The translations under genes and the position numbers were made by a program. Positions 1 through 12,800 of a stretch of 64,000 nt of DNA are shown one piece after another. The stretch is from NCBI GenBank assembly GCA_002633005.1, contig NMRA01000010.1:67765-131764 (forward strand). The letters run 5' to 3'. This DNA comes from Phoronis australis (taxonomy: Eukaryota > Animalia > Phoronida). A model generated the notes under the pieces. That model did no database searches. It was given only the letters and a program-made list of their open reading frames with translations, and had not been told where the DNA came from. Each line of letters begins with the position of its first letter. Positions within the stretch are counted from its first letter, which is position 1.

Positions 1-461
1 AACCAATTTGACGTCAAAATCGGAATGAAATAAAAAGACTTAAAAGACGGTTACAGTACATGCTGCTGGAGCAGTGAGTAAAGTCGGGTCTTGCTACATG
101 AACATTGTAATTGACAAGAGGCTATGTTCTACTTTAGATGAAGTAAATGCAATTTCAAGGAAAATTTATGAAACATTGAAACGGCGCTTCCGTAACAGCG
201 GGTAAAGTTTCGGTTTATTGGATTCTGGCCATAACCACACAAGTCTTTTTTAGTGATGGCGTAACAGCCATTATTATGAGGCAATTAAGATCTGACAATA
301 GGAATAGAAATGCACGGTAACGTCAGATATTCAAAAATTTTGGCGGGTCTTGGATTTATTTCAGTTCAGGTAACCACGGAGGCAATTTAGCACTTGGAAT
401 TTTTTTACAGAGCAATGTGCTTGGATTAAACTTTATGCTAGCGCAGAGTGAAGCAGAAATA

Positions 462-750
462 TGGTTGACCAGGTCCATAGACCAGTGGTTGACCAGGTCC
501 ATAGACCAGTGGTTGACCAGGTCCATAAAGGAGTGGTTGACCAGGTCCATAGACCAGTGGTTGACCAGGTCTATAGACCAGTGGTTGACCCGGCCCATTG
601 ACCGGTGGTTGACCAGGTCCATAGACCAGTGGTTGACCAGGTCCATAGACCGGTGGTTGACCATGTCCATAAACCAGTGGTTGACCCGGTCCATAGACCA
701 GTGGTTGACCAGGTCCACAGACCAGTGGTTGACTAGATCCATAGACCGGT
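462..750. repeat. 24-bp minisatellite (TGGTTGACCAGGTCCATAGACCAG), about 12 copies
   Basis: Direct tandem units visible; they produce the repetitive ORFs 356-769, 417-752 and 438-908. Confidence 0.95.
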
Positions 751-1402
751 AATAACTTTCCAAGTCCATAATATGTTTCGGCGATACGTAAATTTTGCCC
801 AGTTATTATTATTTGATTGGGTCCAAAACGTGAAAATGACGTCCTACTAGACAACCAATATGTTTTGTTGACGTTGTCAACCCTAAATAATTCGCAACAA
901 ATTTTCAAAATCTTGTCATAACAGTCGAACCGACAAGCGTCAGTATTACTTGAAGCTAGTTAATCACCAGCTACTGAATGAGCAATAAACGACCACCGCC
1001 CGACCACCGCCGCACTGAGAAGTTTTGTTCACGAAAATGTTTTTAGCTTTGTAATAATGCATTAACATTTACCAGGAACAGTGATGGGGTGAATTCGTTA
1101 AAACGAGAATTGGTTTGGAAGTAAGTGCTAAACAGAACTGATCTGGTAAGAGGAAGCGTCGTTTATAGTAATCAGAATGTGTCAGCCACACGATCTGATG
1201 TGTGAAACTTTGCTGTGATAGGTGGCAACAAGGAGGACTCGTAACTCGGCAGGTATTGGCAGAAAACTAACCGATAACCCGCCATGACAACACTATGTCA
1301 AGTCGTAATGTGTCAAAACATAACCGATATCGCGCTTACACGATACCCAAGTCTTAAACGTCGATAACGGCAAATTAGTTTCATACAGAGTTTCATGCTA
1401 CC

Positions 1403-1404
<2 letters not shown>

Positions 1405-1443
<39 letters not shown>

Positions 1444-1497
1444 GTGCGTGTGTGCGTGTGTGCGTGTGTGCGTGTGTGCGTGCGTGCGCGTGTGTGC
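1405..1497. repeat. (TG)n/(TGTGCG)n microsatellite
   Basis: Seen directly. Confidence 0.95.
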
Positions 1498-2028
1498 AAC
1501 ATCAATGTAGGTGTAGATGAAAACAAGCCATGTCAATCATGAATTGTAATGTCGACGCTTACGATAATTATAGCAGAAAGTTAGTCACAAATACCATGCT
1601 ACGTTCTTGTACGAACAAAGTCTTCTCGGTGATGAATGGCATAGATTTCTAATGTTTTAAATGACTTATATGCTGCTTTTCATAATCCTTACAATAATGA
1701 TGTTACAAAAATTGGGGCTTTTCACTTGTTTTTGGAGAAAATTGAAGACTGCATAAAACAAAAATGGAAAGACTACAAAAACTCGCTGAAAACTGCGATA
1801 CTGGTTCAAAGATTTTTTTTGATGTTATCAAAAATTGTAGAGTTTATTGATACTATCAATTTGCTACGAACGTGCATTTTCAAATTTGCTATACTTTATA
1901 ATTATTAATGTTTTACCCAATCAATGACAGACTGCTTTGAAGTCTACATTTAACTGTACACAATTTCTTATCTCAGGAGGTCAAATCCCCAAAATAAAAC
2001 ATGAATTTTTTGCTCTACTTTAGTATAA

Positions 2029-2220
2029 ACCTTAGCTATCCGTCTATTGTTGTGTACTAGACTGCATTATAGTTTACCTTAGCTATCCGTCTATTGTTGT
2101 GTACTAGACTGCATTATAGTTTACCTAAGCTATCCGTCTATTGTTGTGTACTAGACTGCATTATAGTTTACCTTAGCTATCCGTCTATTGTTGTGTACTA
2201 GACTGCATTCATTATAGTTT
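2029..2220. repeat. 47-bp tandem repeat x4
   Basis: ACCTTAGCTATCCGTCTATTGTTGTGTACTAGACTGCATTATAGTTT units start at 2029, 2076, 2123, 2170. Confidence 0.95.
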
Positions 2221-2399
2221 AAGTGGAACAACATCTAACCCAAGTATGATAACCCCAGAATTTTAAACTGATTAAAGCAACAAGTTCGAGTTCGAATATT
2301 AACTTAAGATCATCAAATGCTAACTTGGACTGGAAACTTGACAACAAAAAACATTTCCATGAGTATGTTAAGCTTGTACAAGAGTTTTGTAGAAGTCAT

Positions 2400-4295
2400 C
2401 GTGGAACTTAAAAGTAATTTGTAGTTCGAGTTCGGAGATCAGAGTGTGCGCCCAGCTGAACAGTAATCAGAATGAGAAGAAAACATTGTTTCGCCATTTT
2501 TTTGCGTTGAGAATTTCCGAGTATCACGCAAAACTCACCTTCCAAACATACACCCGTTCCTTTCTGACTATTTCGGGAATACAGTTGAGATTCCTGTTTA
2601 GTGTGCATGTCGACTTTTCCCTCTGTGCTTTTTTATACGGTGATGAGAGTATTGGTAACCTCAACATGACGTCCTCTAATGGCGCAACATCAGTCACTTT
2701 GATTTGTATTTTATGCAGCTGGGGAAAACGACTCATTACGCCAAGGGCCATTTTAGAAGCCTTTGGAGATGATACATGCTCCACGAAATTCATCTTTTTT
2801 CCTCTCGATCACGTCATATTTTAACTCCCGCTTTAAATTGACAATTTTTCTCTGAGTCGAATTCACAAGTTTTAACGAACGCACATTTATCGCCTTCTCA
2901 ATGGTTGCATGCTGCTTTGTCAACCACGATTATAGCTTGGTGTTCAATCTGTGACATCTTCAATTAATTTCCTGTTGTCTCTTTTAGTATTCACAGTTCA
3001 TGGTGTTAAATTATTGGTGCGTCCTTTTTCTGAGCGAGTATCCACCAGCACGTAGGATTTCGTTAGATTTACGTGCCAGAACATCTTCATTTAATTTCCT
3101 GTTCACGGTTTAAGAACTCATGTTTCTTGGTGCTAAATTATGAGAGCGCCTTTTTACTGAGGCAAAATCCATGTATATTTCCGGTAGCTTTACGTACATG
3201 TCTCTCGAGTTCAAGAGCGAAAACAGTTTCCTAATTATATTTTTCAGCCTCGAAGATTCTTGAGAGAAATACATAATTCCTTACACTGACAAGAGACAGA
3301 GAAAGGCCAATTTTAAAACTCATTCATCATGAAAGGTATATTGTTGTTATTACAGCTCTCGAATCACAATCATCATTTGTATGCGCATGGCACCGAAAAG
3401 CTGTTCAAGTGCGATACCCAATATTTGTGTGGTTTAAAATAATTCCTGTGGCATCTACTACATGTACATAGGACAAAGCTTCCGAGTATAATTGAAATTG
3501 TTCTTTCTTCCTGAAAGAAGGATAATTATTCGCAACAAGCAGACCAACCATCCAGCTCGGAGGGCAGCGAGCCAGTCAAACGAAGGACAAATATTCAGAA
3601 TACACTTATTACTCTCGTTTTCGTCGTGGCTTGCACGATATTTGCTAAGGAACCTGGCTTGCATAATTGAACGTGGAAGAGTTCACCTCCCATGGTTGCT
3701 TAATTGGAATAATGACTTTAAAACAATTGCAGACAGATATGAACAAGACCTTTCTTACACTGAATTCCTCAGATTTTGATGGATGTTTCTGTGTTCTCGT
3801 TAACGCTACTTTAGCTTTAAGGCGAGTTCTCGAGAGCTTTGTTGCCAGTTGCTTGGCCTTAATGGTACCGTCAGCGACCTCTAGTGTGGAGGGGGTAACG
3901 ACTCGCCTCTTCTGTAGTCTGAAAAAAGAAAGACACTCCAAGTAAAAGTTTGAGCGGCCTGCAGAAGCGTACAGGACTTTCTCTGACAATTCGTTATTAC
4001 GCAGAGCCACAAATGGTCGCACTCAACTGCACACTTTGTGACATTACCCCATCATCCTCGTACTTGTCCTTGTGTTTGTCCTCGTGGTAATAGTCGTCGA
4101 GGTTACATGACCTTCCAGAAAGCATTTGCGGAATAATATAGTGATTTTACCGCATATTTGCAGTAATGAGGAACCTTGGACGATTTTGCTCACACGAGGG
4201 CACAGTAGCCAAGAGCGATTTTGGCTGGCCGGAGTTCGCGTCAGCCGCCATGATGAACAGTAAGGATACAGCGTGAACTCGGTTCTGCTCCAAAG
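2400..4295 (-). mobile_element. Possible degraded non-LTR retrotransposon 5' region (CR1/L2-group ORF1-like remnant)
   Basis: Minus-strand ATGGCGGCTGAC start near 4251, followed by a broken Cys/His-rich (PHD-like) stretch and fragments RKVLFIS and KPGSLANIV, weakly like the SGNH-esterase ORF1 of CR1-group LINEs. Many stops and frameshifts. Confidence 0.3.
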
Positions 4296-7200
4296 TGAAG
4301 GTGAGAATTAGTTCCCGTGTCACATCCCTAGGTTAATGGGAGTATGTCATAGTTCACTCCTTATTAATTACTGCACTATAAATTCGAGTGGTTGGATGGC
4401 AAAGCCAAGTGCGTGCTGCCGCCACAGCTCGCCCCAGCATACCTATCAGCACTGTCTGCATAAATTGCTTTTGTGAAAGAACGTTAAACTGGTTGAACAT
4501 ATCGCAATCTCCTAACACCTACGCTTCACACATTTTAAACTTTAAGTTACCATCGGGATTTTGTTCACGATGTTACTTTTTTGCTTTGATTTCAGAATGT
4601 TGTAGAGAAACACAATGACTTATCATTTTTCAGTTCATTTCATTTTCTATTAGAGGGGAAGTATGTTAGCAGCACAGAGAGCGGCCTCTATTTGTACACT
4701 GACAGATCCCGGATGTTACACACTGTTTCATTAAAGACACAGCTATACGTACCCCATTGTTGAATGATGGTGTTATAATAAAGTACTGTAATTCTTCATA
4801 TGATTGTAAACTTTATCTGAACCAGTCAGGGCCTGGGCTCAGTCTAGCTTAACCAGTACAAACATTTGTATTTTTGCTCCATTTTTAGATTATAACCGAA
4901 TTTGAAATGAGTAGACATGTCCTTAATTTGCGGTACTTGGATATTAAATTTCAGTGTGGTAGAGACATTACTCAAAATTTCAGCCACTAATTTTCTGTGA
5001 TGTGGATCAACAAAATATTGAAATGATGGCACTGAGATAAGTAGACTTCTCAATTCCTTTCTCTAGCAAACTGTGGGAATTATTTTCTTGACTCCATTCA
5101 TTTGGTAGAAATATAATGACTGATTTAATGGTGACAATAGGTGCATATTGTTCCCACCAGCATAAAATCTAATTTTTGACATTCTGTAAAGTTCCTGAAG
5201 ATAGGACATATGATAAACACGGGTTCGTTTCATTGACTATAAAATATCAATGGAAATAAACTTCATCATCAATATCCATTGACCACATTGACTCAAAAGA
5301 ACATTTATTCCTTGCATAACAGCTGATTTTACGGTACATGCATACATGTGTTTCCTCTCCGTTGCAAAAAATAATATCGAGTAATTGAGTACCTCTTCAA
5401 TTTGTTGGTTTTCGGTGGGGGTTCGTGCTGATCAAGGCATAAACTAACTCCGATGCCATGCACAAGCAGCCTTTATGAATCATTGGGCAAAAAGGTACGC
5501 GTTGTACTAAATTCAAAGGAAGTTGAAGGATGGTGCCAAAGATATTCTAGCAAATCTTTGGTCTTCAAAAGTTACTTTTCTTAGAGCAAGCCCAGCCGTT
5601 GGATTAATAGTCTCTGTCAGTGTCAAAGAACCAAATTTGAAAAGATATTATCGGTTTTACTGTTGGAAAATACATTTTGAGGATCATTGGTGATTGTGAT
5701 AGAGTTATTGTAAGTATTTGTTTTGACCTGATCTACCGCACAGCACAGCAGAATTCGATGTTTTTGTGGTATTTTTACAAATCGGGAATTCTCGCTGTAT
5801 TGTTTACTATACATTCTTTGAATTCAAGATTGGTGTCTTAACCATATAAATTGCTTAAACTACCTTGTTACTCAGTGCGTCACGGTATGATTCCACAATT
5901 TTTCAAAATATTTTCTGGAGTTATGATGCAAATCTTGAACACAGAAAAATGTTAATTTGGTGCTACAAACATGGAAAACACGTGTAAACATTTCTCTTGT
6001 CTGCCATATTGTGCCCTAAGACTACCATCAGCCGATATATGTAAAACCAATGTGATCATTTAGTTCATTGGTAGAACTGGTACCGAGAACACTTGTAACT
6101 TGCCGAAAAGTCACTTGCCAACAAATTCGATAAATAGTAAATAACGTAGAAAATAAATCTGAAACTAAAAGAGCCGATCCAGATCCTCTAAAGGACACAC
6201 TTGTGTGTCGAATAAATACACGTAAATAAAACAACAAAAATGGATCACTGAAATTTTCGGATATAATAACAGAAATAGAAATAAAGTAAAATAAAACACG
6301 ATATGACAAATGACATCTGATATTTGGCGTAATGAACATGATAAAATTGTTGCGAAAAAGGTAACTTAAGTTTTTTAAGAAGTCTTTATGTTTAATCCAT
6401 TGGGTTCAAGTGTGTTAAGCTTATCTATCCAAAATTGTTCTCTTTTGAGTCTATGAGGGGTACTGAGATATTGGAGTTTCTCTATTATTTGTACAGAAAG
6501 ATCTTGTAGATTATGTTTTTAGGAACTGAAATGATTACTTATAGTATCAGAAATGTTTTTATGTATTATGTTAAATCTGTGATTGCTAAACCAAGTTTGT
6601 AGATTATGTGGAGCGCCTGTGAGTTGTCATTGGAAGGAAATTTTGTGTGATGCTAAAGTTGTGTAGATACTAACTACAAGTATAGTCTGGAATTACATGT
6701 TGAGAGGCGGTGGGTGAAGAGCGCCCTCAATGTTCAGTCAATGAAACAACGCAGGATATAAAATGTCAGTACACGGTTGGACTAGAGATTCCAGAGCTCA
6801 ACCGAACATCGCTGTAAGGATGTTTTTGACGATGCTTAATAATTTCTTTCTAAGGACTGCATTTCCTAAGATAAAGTAAACGTGGTGCATTACTTCAATA
6901 GAAAGCGTACGGTTGTGTAGGTTTTCTGATTTTACCAAATGGCTGGCATTGAAGCCAAGTTTGAAGCGTGCCCCCAAAGCGAGTTCGCCAACACGTTACC
7001 GGGGCTCAGGGTACAGTGCGCCCCTCAGGTGTGCAGTAAAAATACATACTGCGCCATCTATTTTGTATAAGATGAAGCGCAGCAGCGTTCAGCGGTTGCT
7101 TGAGACCATGAAGCACCAAAACGAACCATAGAGGCCGCTACGCTTGTTGTACGAAACACTGCAGCAACGACGTACTGTATGATCAAGCGTTCAGCTCAAT

Positions 7201-8933
7201 ACAAGAATAAATTACATAGTCGAGAAGTGTGCAATCAAATACCCTCAATACATTAGAAACGCACAAACAAACTTGGTTACAAAGGCAAAGAAAATAGCCG
7301 AAAATAACACGTATAATAATCAACATTTATGACCACAATGGCGCTTTGTAACTGTAACATAATTTCTCTTTAATCCGCCTCTGTATTCAGTCCATTGTAA
7401 ATGTCTAAGAGCAACTTTGAATGAAAAGAAAACATGAAAATACACCGCTCTAAACACTCTTTACAGGCGATGAATATTCACAAAGGAAAGCTGCCGCCCG
7501 ATAACTTGGAGCATGATAGACGGCTACTTTCTAAACCTAAATTCACTTTACCACAGAGTGGAACTAAGCAGTTAGCATACCTGAAAGATTGGGACAGAAA
7601 GGTAAGGATATTCCAGACTAACTCCAATAAGACGGTGTATAGCACTAGATAACTACTTGGGTATATTAAGGGCACATGACTTGAAAGAAACAAAACTTGT
7701 ACAATTACTGGACGAGATAAGAGGCAATATATGTATTGATCATAAATACCACGCTTCAGCACAGCGTGACCATATAAGTGGAGAACTACAGAATGTAAAA
7801 CCCGTCCGACTTACAAATAATAAGCCAACTATATAAGTTTATGGTGCCATACATATCCCATAACTTGTCATAAAATTAGTGTTTATATGCTCTACGTAGT
7901 GCGCCTTTATTGCACAACAAATGATAGTTGAAGTTTGTATTTATTTGCATGCTGTGGCCAGTTGGCCATTTCTAAGTCAGCTGTCCATGAAGTAGTGTGA
8001 AATGTCAGTTTTCGAAGCTTTGTCGGAATGAAAGGTGACTTCTACATGGACCGAATGATAATGGTACATCAGGAAGCGACGTTTGAGTCGACTACGTTTC
8101 ACTGCTAATGCCGTTACCATGGTTTCCAAATGGATGATGTTCTTAATCGCTTCTAACTAATTGTCGCTGCCATTTTCTATGTGCTTGATTTCACATTCAA
8201 GACAGTCATTGAGACGTATCGACGTTAACAAGTATACGTTACATTCAGAAGATACGAGTTTCAATGTCTACATAAAGGTAATGCTTGGCGACTTCCTTGG
8301 TTGGCAATATTTGTATTGAACCATATAAGTGTAGTTTACAATAGAGCAGTGATAGTGGACCAACTAGGCCTACAAAGCTCTCAATGTTATCACTAAACAA
8401 TCGCAAAAGGCGACATATAGCTCTTGAAGCTACTTTCGACATAGAACGTCTTCAGTCACGTGTCGTATCATCGTCAGATTAACTACGCGTTCTTGAATAC
8501 GATTTTTGATTGCTTTACTTTTCCATGTCAGATTTTAATCTATAGCCTGGATAAAATACATCATGTGTTTTTTCGGTATACCAATTACATACCTTTTGCT
8601 ATCGTTTGTTGGAGGAACGCCCACCAGACGAATCATGGCCCAAAACGCTTTTAACAATTCTATCTAGTTAATGTCCATGACTGTTGTAATAATTCTGAGC
8701 GTAATTTTTGAAATGGAGACGTTTGAGCTCTACTAATTCAAAGGATAGGCTCATATCCATTCATTGTGAAAAGAGCTATACAAAACGGCCGTGTCATGGC
8801 CATAGGTGGGGTTTGTTCAGTTTGGATAGTCGTGTAATCGCTAATTGCACACTGCAGACTACTATGGCAGTTTACGACATGGCGTGAATCTCGACAATCA
8901 CAACAAATGAACGATAATCGCGTGGGATAAATG

Positions 8934-8946
8934 GTCGCTTAGCAAC
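8934..8946 (+). promoter_or_regulatory. RFX X-box-like motif GTCGCTTAGCAAC
   Basis: Matches the X-box pattern with one perfect RGYAAC half-site; about 400 bp upstream of the start codon of a gene from a cilia/sperm-associated family. Confidence 0.5.
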
Positions 8947-9330
8947 TGTTCCTGGTGTATATGATTACACTTGTATTAGTATGTCTTGCGAAACATGCGA
9001 ACAGCCGCTGCTCGCATGTTTAGCAAAACTGCCTACAAACGGTGAATAACGGAATACACGTAGCCACTTATTCAAGTGAGCTTTCACTAGAAAACCGTAA
9101 CACGGTTCTTGGTTATTAACCAGTACTCATTCATATCCAAATGAAACAATTTCATTATTAAGTCCACTTTTAACATTACCTTTACAAGTGGAGACTACAG
9201 AGCATGAAAAACTAATAAACTTGCTGACACCAAATAACGCTCTTTTTCACATAGGTTATCATGAGAGTCGGACTATAAAAGTATTCGTGAGTAATAAAAT
9301 GCGCGATGCCATGGGAGATATCACCACGCA

Positions 9331-9646
9331 ATGCAGCCAGATGGACCCGCGACCATGAGCAAATACAGACGCAGCACAGCCCCCCTGGAGAACCGTCAAC
9401 TCAGCTATTCACAGCGGCACAAGGAGCCTCCCATCACTGGGTACCGATCGTCATCTAGAAACTCAGTCACGTGGAGCTGGGGAACGAGAAATTCCTACTC
9501 CGAGGTTCAAGCACGTCAACATGGCGGTAGCGAAATTCTAGAGCCACCAACATGGCTAAAGCGCAACATGAGCTCCGGGAGACTGGAGACTCAGACAAGA
9601 GAACTTTCGGAGTATCTTAAAGAGCAAAGACAGAAAGAAAGACGGC
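9331..9646 (+). CDS. CNBD2: CNBD2-like coding exon 1 (start could also be ATG 9355)
   Basis: ORF MQPDGPATMSKY...KERR; donor GTAAGT at 9647, phase 1; upstream acceptor CATAG at 9254. Confidence 0.7.
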
Positions 9647-9768
9647 GTAAGTTTTAAGAGATATTTTATTCGATCACCACGACACACAGGTTTGAATGTA
9701 TCGGTATGTTTGTGTGTGTGTGTGCGTCCGTGCGTGCGCGTGTGTGTGTGTATGTATGTATGTATATG

Positions 9769-9856
<88 letters not shown>

Positions 9857-12800
9857 CCATTACTCGGAAAAATGAACACGCAAAACTGCATGGCACTGTG
9901 GAAATTTCAATTGTCAAAATAAGAAAAGATATGACAATCTCTCAGTGAGATTTCACTCAATATTTTCTCTTGGACATTAGTTATCTCAAGTACTCTAGCA
10001 GCCGAAACGTATGCGGATAAAAATCTTGGGCTTTCGCCGCTGTGGATTGCAATCATTGTAACCTAAAATGTGTATGATGTTATTTACAACTAGAGAGACT
10101 ACATGAACTGAAGCTTAAGAGGAAGGAAGCGCGCAGGTTGACACGTAGTAGAACGCCTGGGGTCGACGATGACGTCGACAGTGAACCAGACGACGACCTG
10201 GCGGTAAGTGAACAGTCTGCGACCACTGCTCGGGCGTAGTCGACTATATTTTACGTACTCGCATATACACATGTGGGCGCGAATTCCTGTCACCATTGTC
10301 CGACCAGCGTCTGCTTTCTATTTCCAAATTTCCTCGATGGATCTTCGCGAACATTTTCAAACATATTATCTGATAGAGATAACGCCATGCTTGAAAATTT
10401 CTTATTGATACCATTACTACTTTAGCTTTAGTCAAAATTTTATTTTCCTATCCAGCTCCATATATATTTAGCTACCACGCTCCTCTGTTTCTTGGACTAA
10501 CATGTTTCTATGGACGAGAGGATGGCACGAGTGTGGTTATTTTGGAGCCCTTAATCATAATTTTACTTCCTTTTGTGCCTGCCTCAATATCAACCCAGTT
10601 CAAAACTTTATGAGTGGCGTTCCCCGGTGCAATTTTTATGTTTTGATTCTGTTTCGTGGCAAACTACCAGTACCAAACTGCGCCGTGTAATTGCTTCTAT
10701 TCCAATATGTCAAGTTAGTTTGCCTTGGCAGGTGTGTTTTTGTCATGAAGAGAGACGGCATCCGTCATGCAACTTTCGGGCAGATCAACCCTGCACTGCG
10801 CCCCCTTGAGACAATTTCAATATTTTGTTGTCCATGTGTTGCCAAACTGCTAGACGGGTCAATAAAAATTTGGAAGCGTTCGTTTTGAGGATTTAACTAC
10901 TACTGTATCCTTATCATGTCAAATACCAAAACAATCGCCTCTCACACATACAACCCCAGTTTATAACAAATCCTACATTGCAGGAACTTAAATTGGTCTA
11001 ATTTGTAAACAAAAGCAAAGAAAGAGTTCTACCTCAAAATTACGAGATGCTTCAACCATGTCCGTCCCGACACTAAATGACCAATTCAATGAAATTTTCG
11101 TCACTAGTTAACAGATTTCTTCAATTCTGATTGCCCACCTATGTTTATTATGCAACTTGTACAACTTTACCGTTAATTTGCATTTTGACATCGCTTAGTG
11201 ATACAGCCTCCAAAACTAAGACCAGTATATTTGATTTCATAGACTAAGCAAGAATCAACTATAGACCATAATTTATCGTCAGTAGAAAGATTATGATTGT
11301 TTGTCAGAAGATTATAGTCTCACCTATCACATGCGCATGCGTAGATTTTTCTTTTCATTACGTTTTCATAGATACTCTGAAATTTACCTGTTACTCATCT
11401 CAATAACTACACAAGATCATATTTACACAGTGGTGAGTTGTTTCCTCCGAATCAGAGCGGCGATAGACTCTTGCAAGTTAACATCAATTGTCCAGAATGT
11501 TCAGGTAAAGTAGGATTTCTTGCGATAAGTTGCCTCTTAGTTCATTGAGGCAGTCATGGAGCAGCAGTTCATATCAGCGTGCTCGGTTAGACCATAAAGA
11601 GTTACAGCTCCACAAATGTAGATCGTCCTAGAACAAAACGTATCATTGCTCCAGAGGTTTGCAAGTTGCACAAACTGTCGTAACCTTCAAATTAGGACAG
11701 TTTATCAGATGATCGAAGAAGAAATTGTTGTAATTCTGAAAACGAGCTGCAACAACGCAACAACAACGATTTATCAACAGCATGAGGAAATACAGTACTT
11801 ATAACTTAGTCATGGAGTAGTATCAGTCACAGAACAGTCATTTGCATCACCTATGTTTGGTTTCATGACGCATGTGACTTCCGTGTCTGTATAATGAAGT
11901 CATCCTCGCCAACATCACAGTTTCTGTCAACATCATCATGCCGTCAACATCGTCATACTGTCAACCTCGTCATATTGCCAAAATCGACATACTGTCAATC
12001 TCCTCATAGTGTCAACCTCGTCATACTGTCAACCTTGTCATAAGTGCCGTTTACACTTACAAAGTTGACACGGATCAGCTGACACGAAACCAGTTGTTCC
12101 AGTGTGTAAACGGACTGACACGGCGCAAATTTACACCGCGGTGACAAATTTTTGCCACCCGTTTGTGAGGTGCAGTAATTTGCGCCCGAACATCTTGTGC
12201 CATGTCAATTATAAGTCTAAACGCGAAACTGGAGTAAGGCGGAAAGGATCATCTCTACTACGCTTGTGCAATGACCTACGTATGGGTTCTTTGTCTCTGC
12301 AACTCTCTTCATTTGTAAACCTGTGCATGTGCGATCCAGTCTCTCCAGCCTTTAATTTCCGTCTTGCCATGGTTAGTGAGTTGTGTGTGTAAACGGCCGC
12401 TGGACGCGGGTCAATTTGCTCCGTGTCAGTTGGGCCGCCAAAAGTTGATGTCTAAACGTGACTATGCTGTCAACATCGTCATACCGTCAACCTCAACATA
12501 CCGTCAACCTCGTCGTACTGTCAACATCCTCATACTGTCAACATCGTCATACTGTCAACATCGACATACTGTTAACCTCGCCATATTGTGAATATCGACA
12601 TACTGTCAACATCGCCATGCTGTTAACTTCGACATAGTACTGTCAGCATCACCGCCATGTCAACCTCGTCATAATGTCAACCTTGTCATACCGTCAACAT
12701 CAACATACTGTCAACCTGGTCACACTGTCAACATCGTCATACTGTCAACCTCGTCATACTGTCAACGTCGACATATTTTCAACCTCGTCATACTGTCAAC

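Noticed and set aside
4800-6350. Second LINE ORF1-like remnant or host gene on the minus strand
   Set aside because: Only vague peptide resemblance across many stops; not supportable without a database search.
9666-9917. ORF with poly-(IY)/(LFIY) peptide
   Set aside because: Translation of microsatellites.
11301-11513. Extra exon or ORF with AG at 11371 and GTGAGT at 11433
   Set aside because: Its start phase does not fit the upstream exons and the peptide has no family features; an alternative first exon cannot be excluded but is unsupported.
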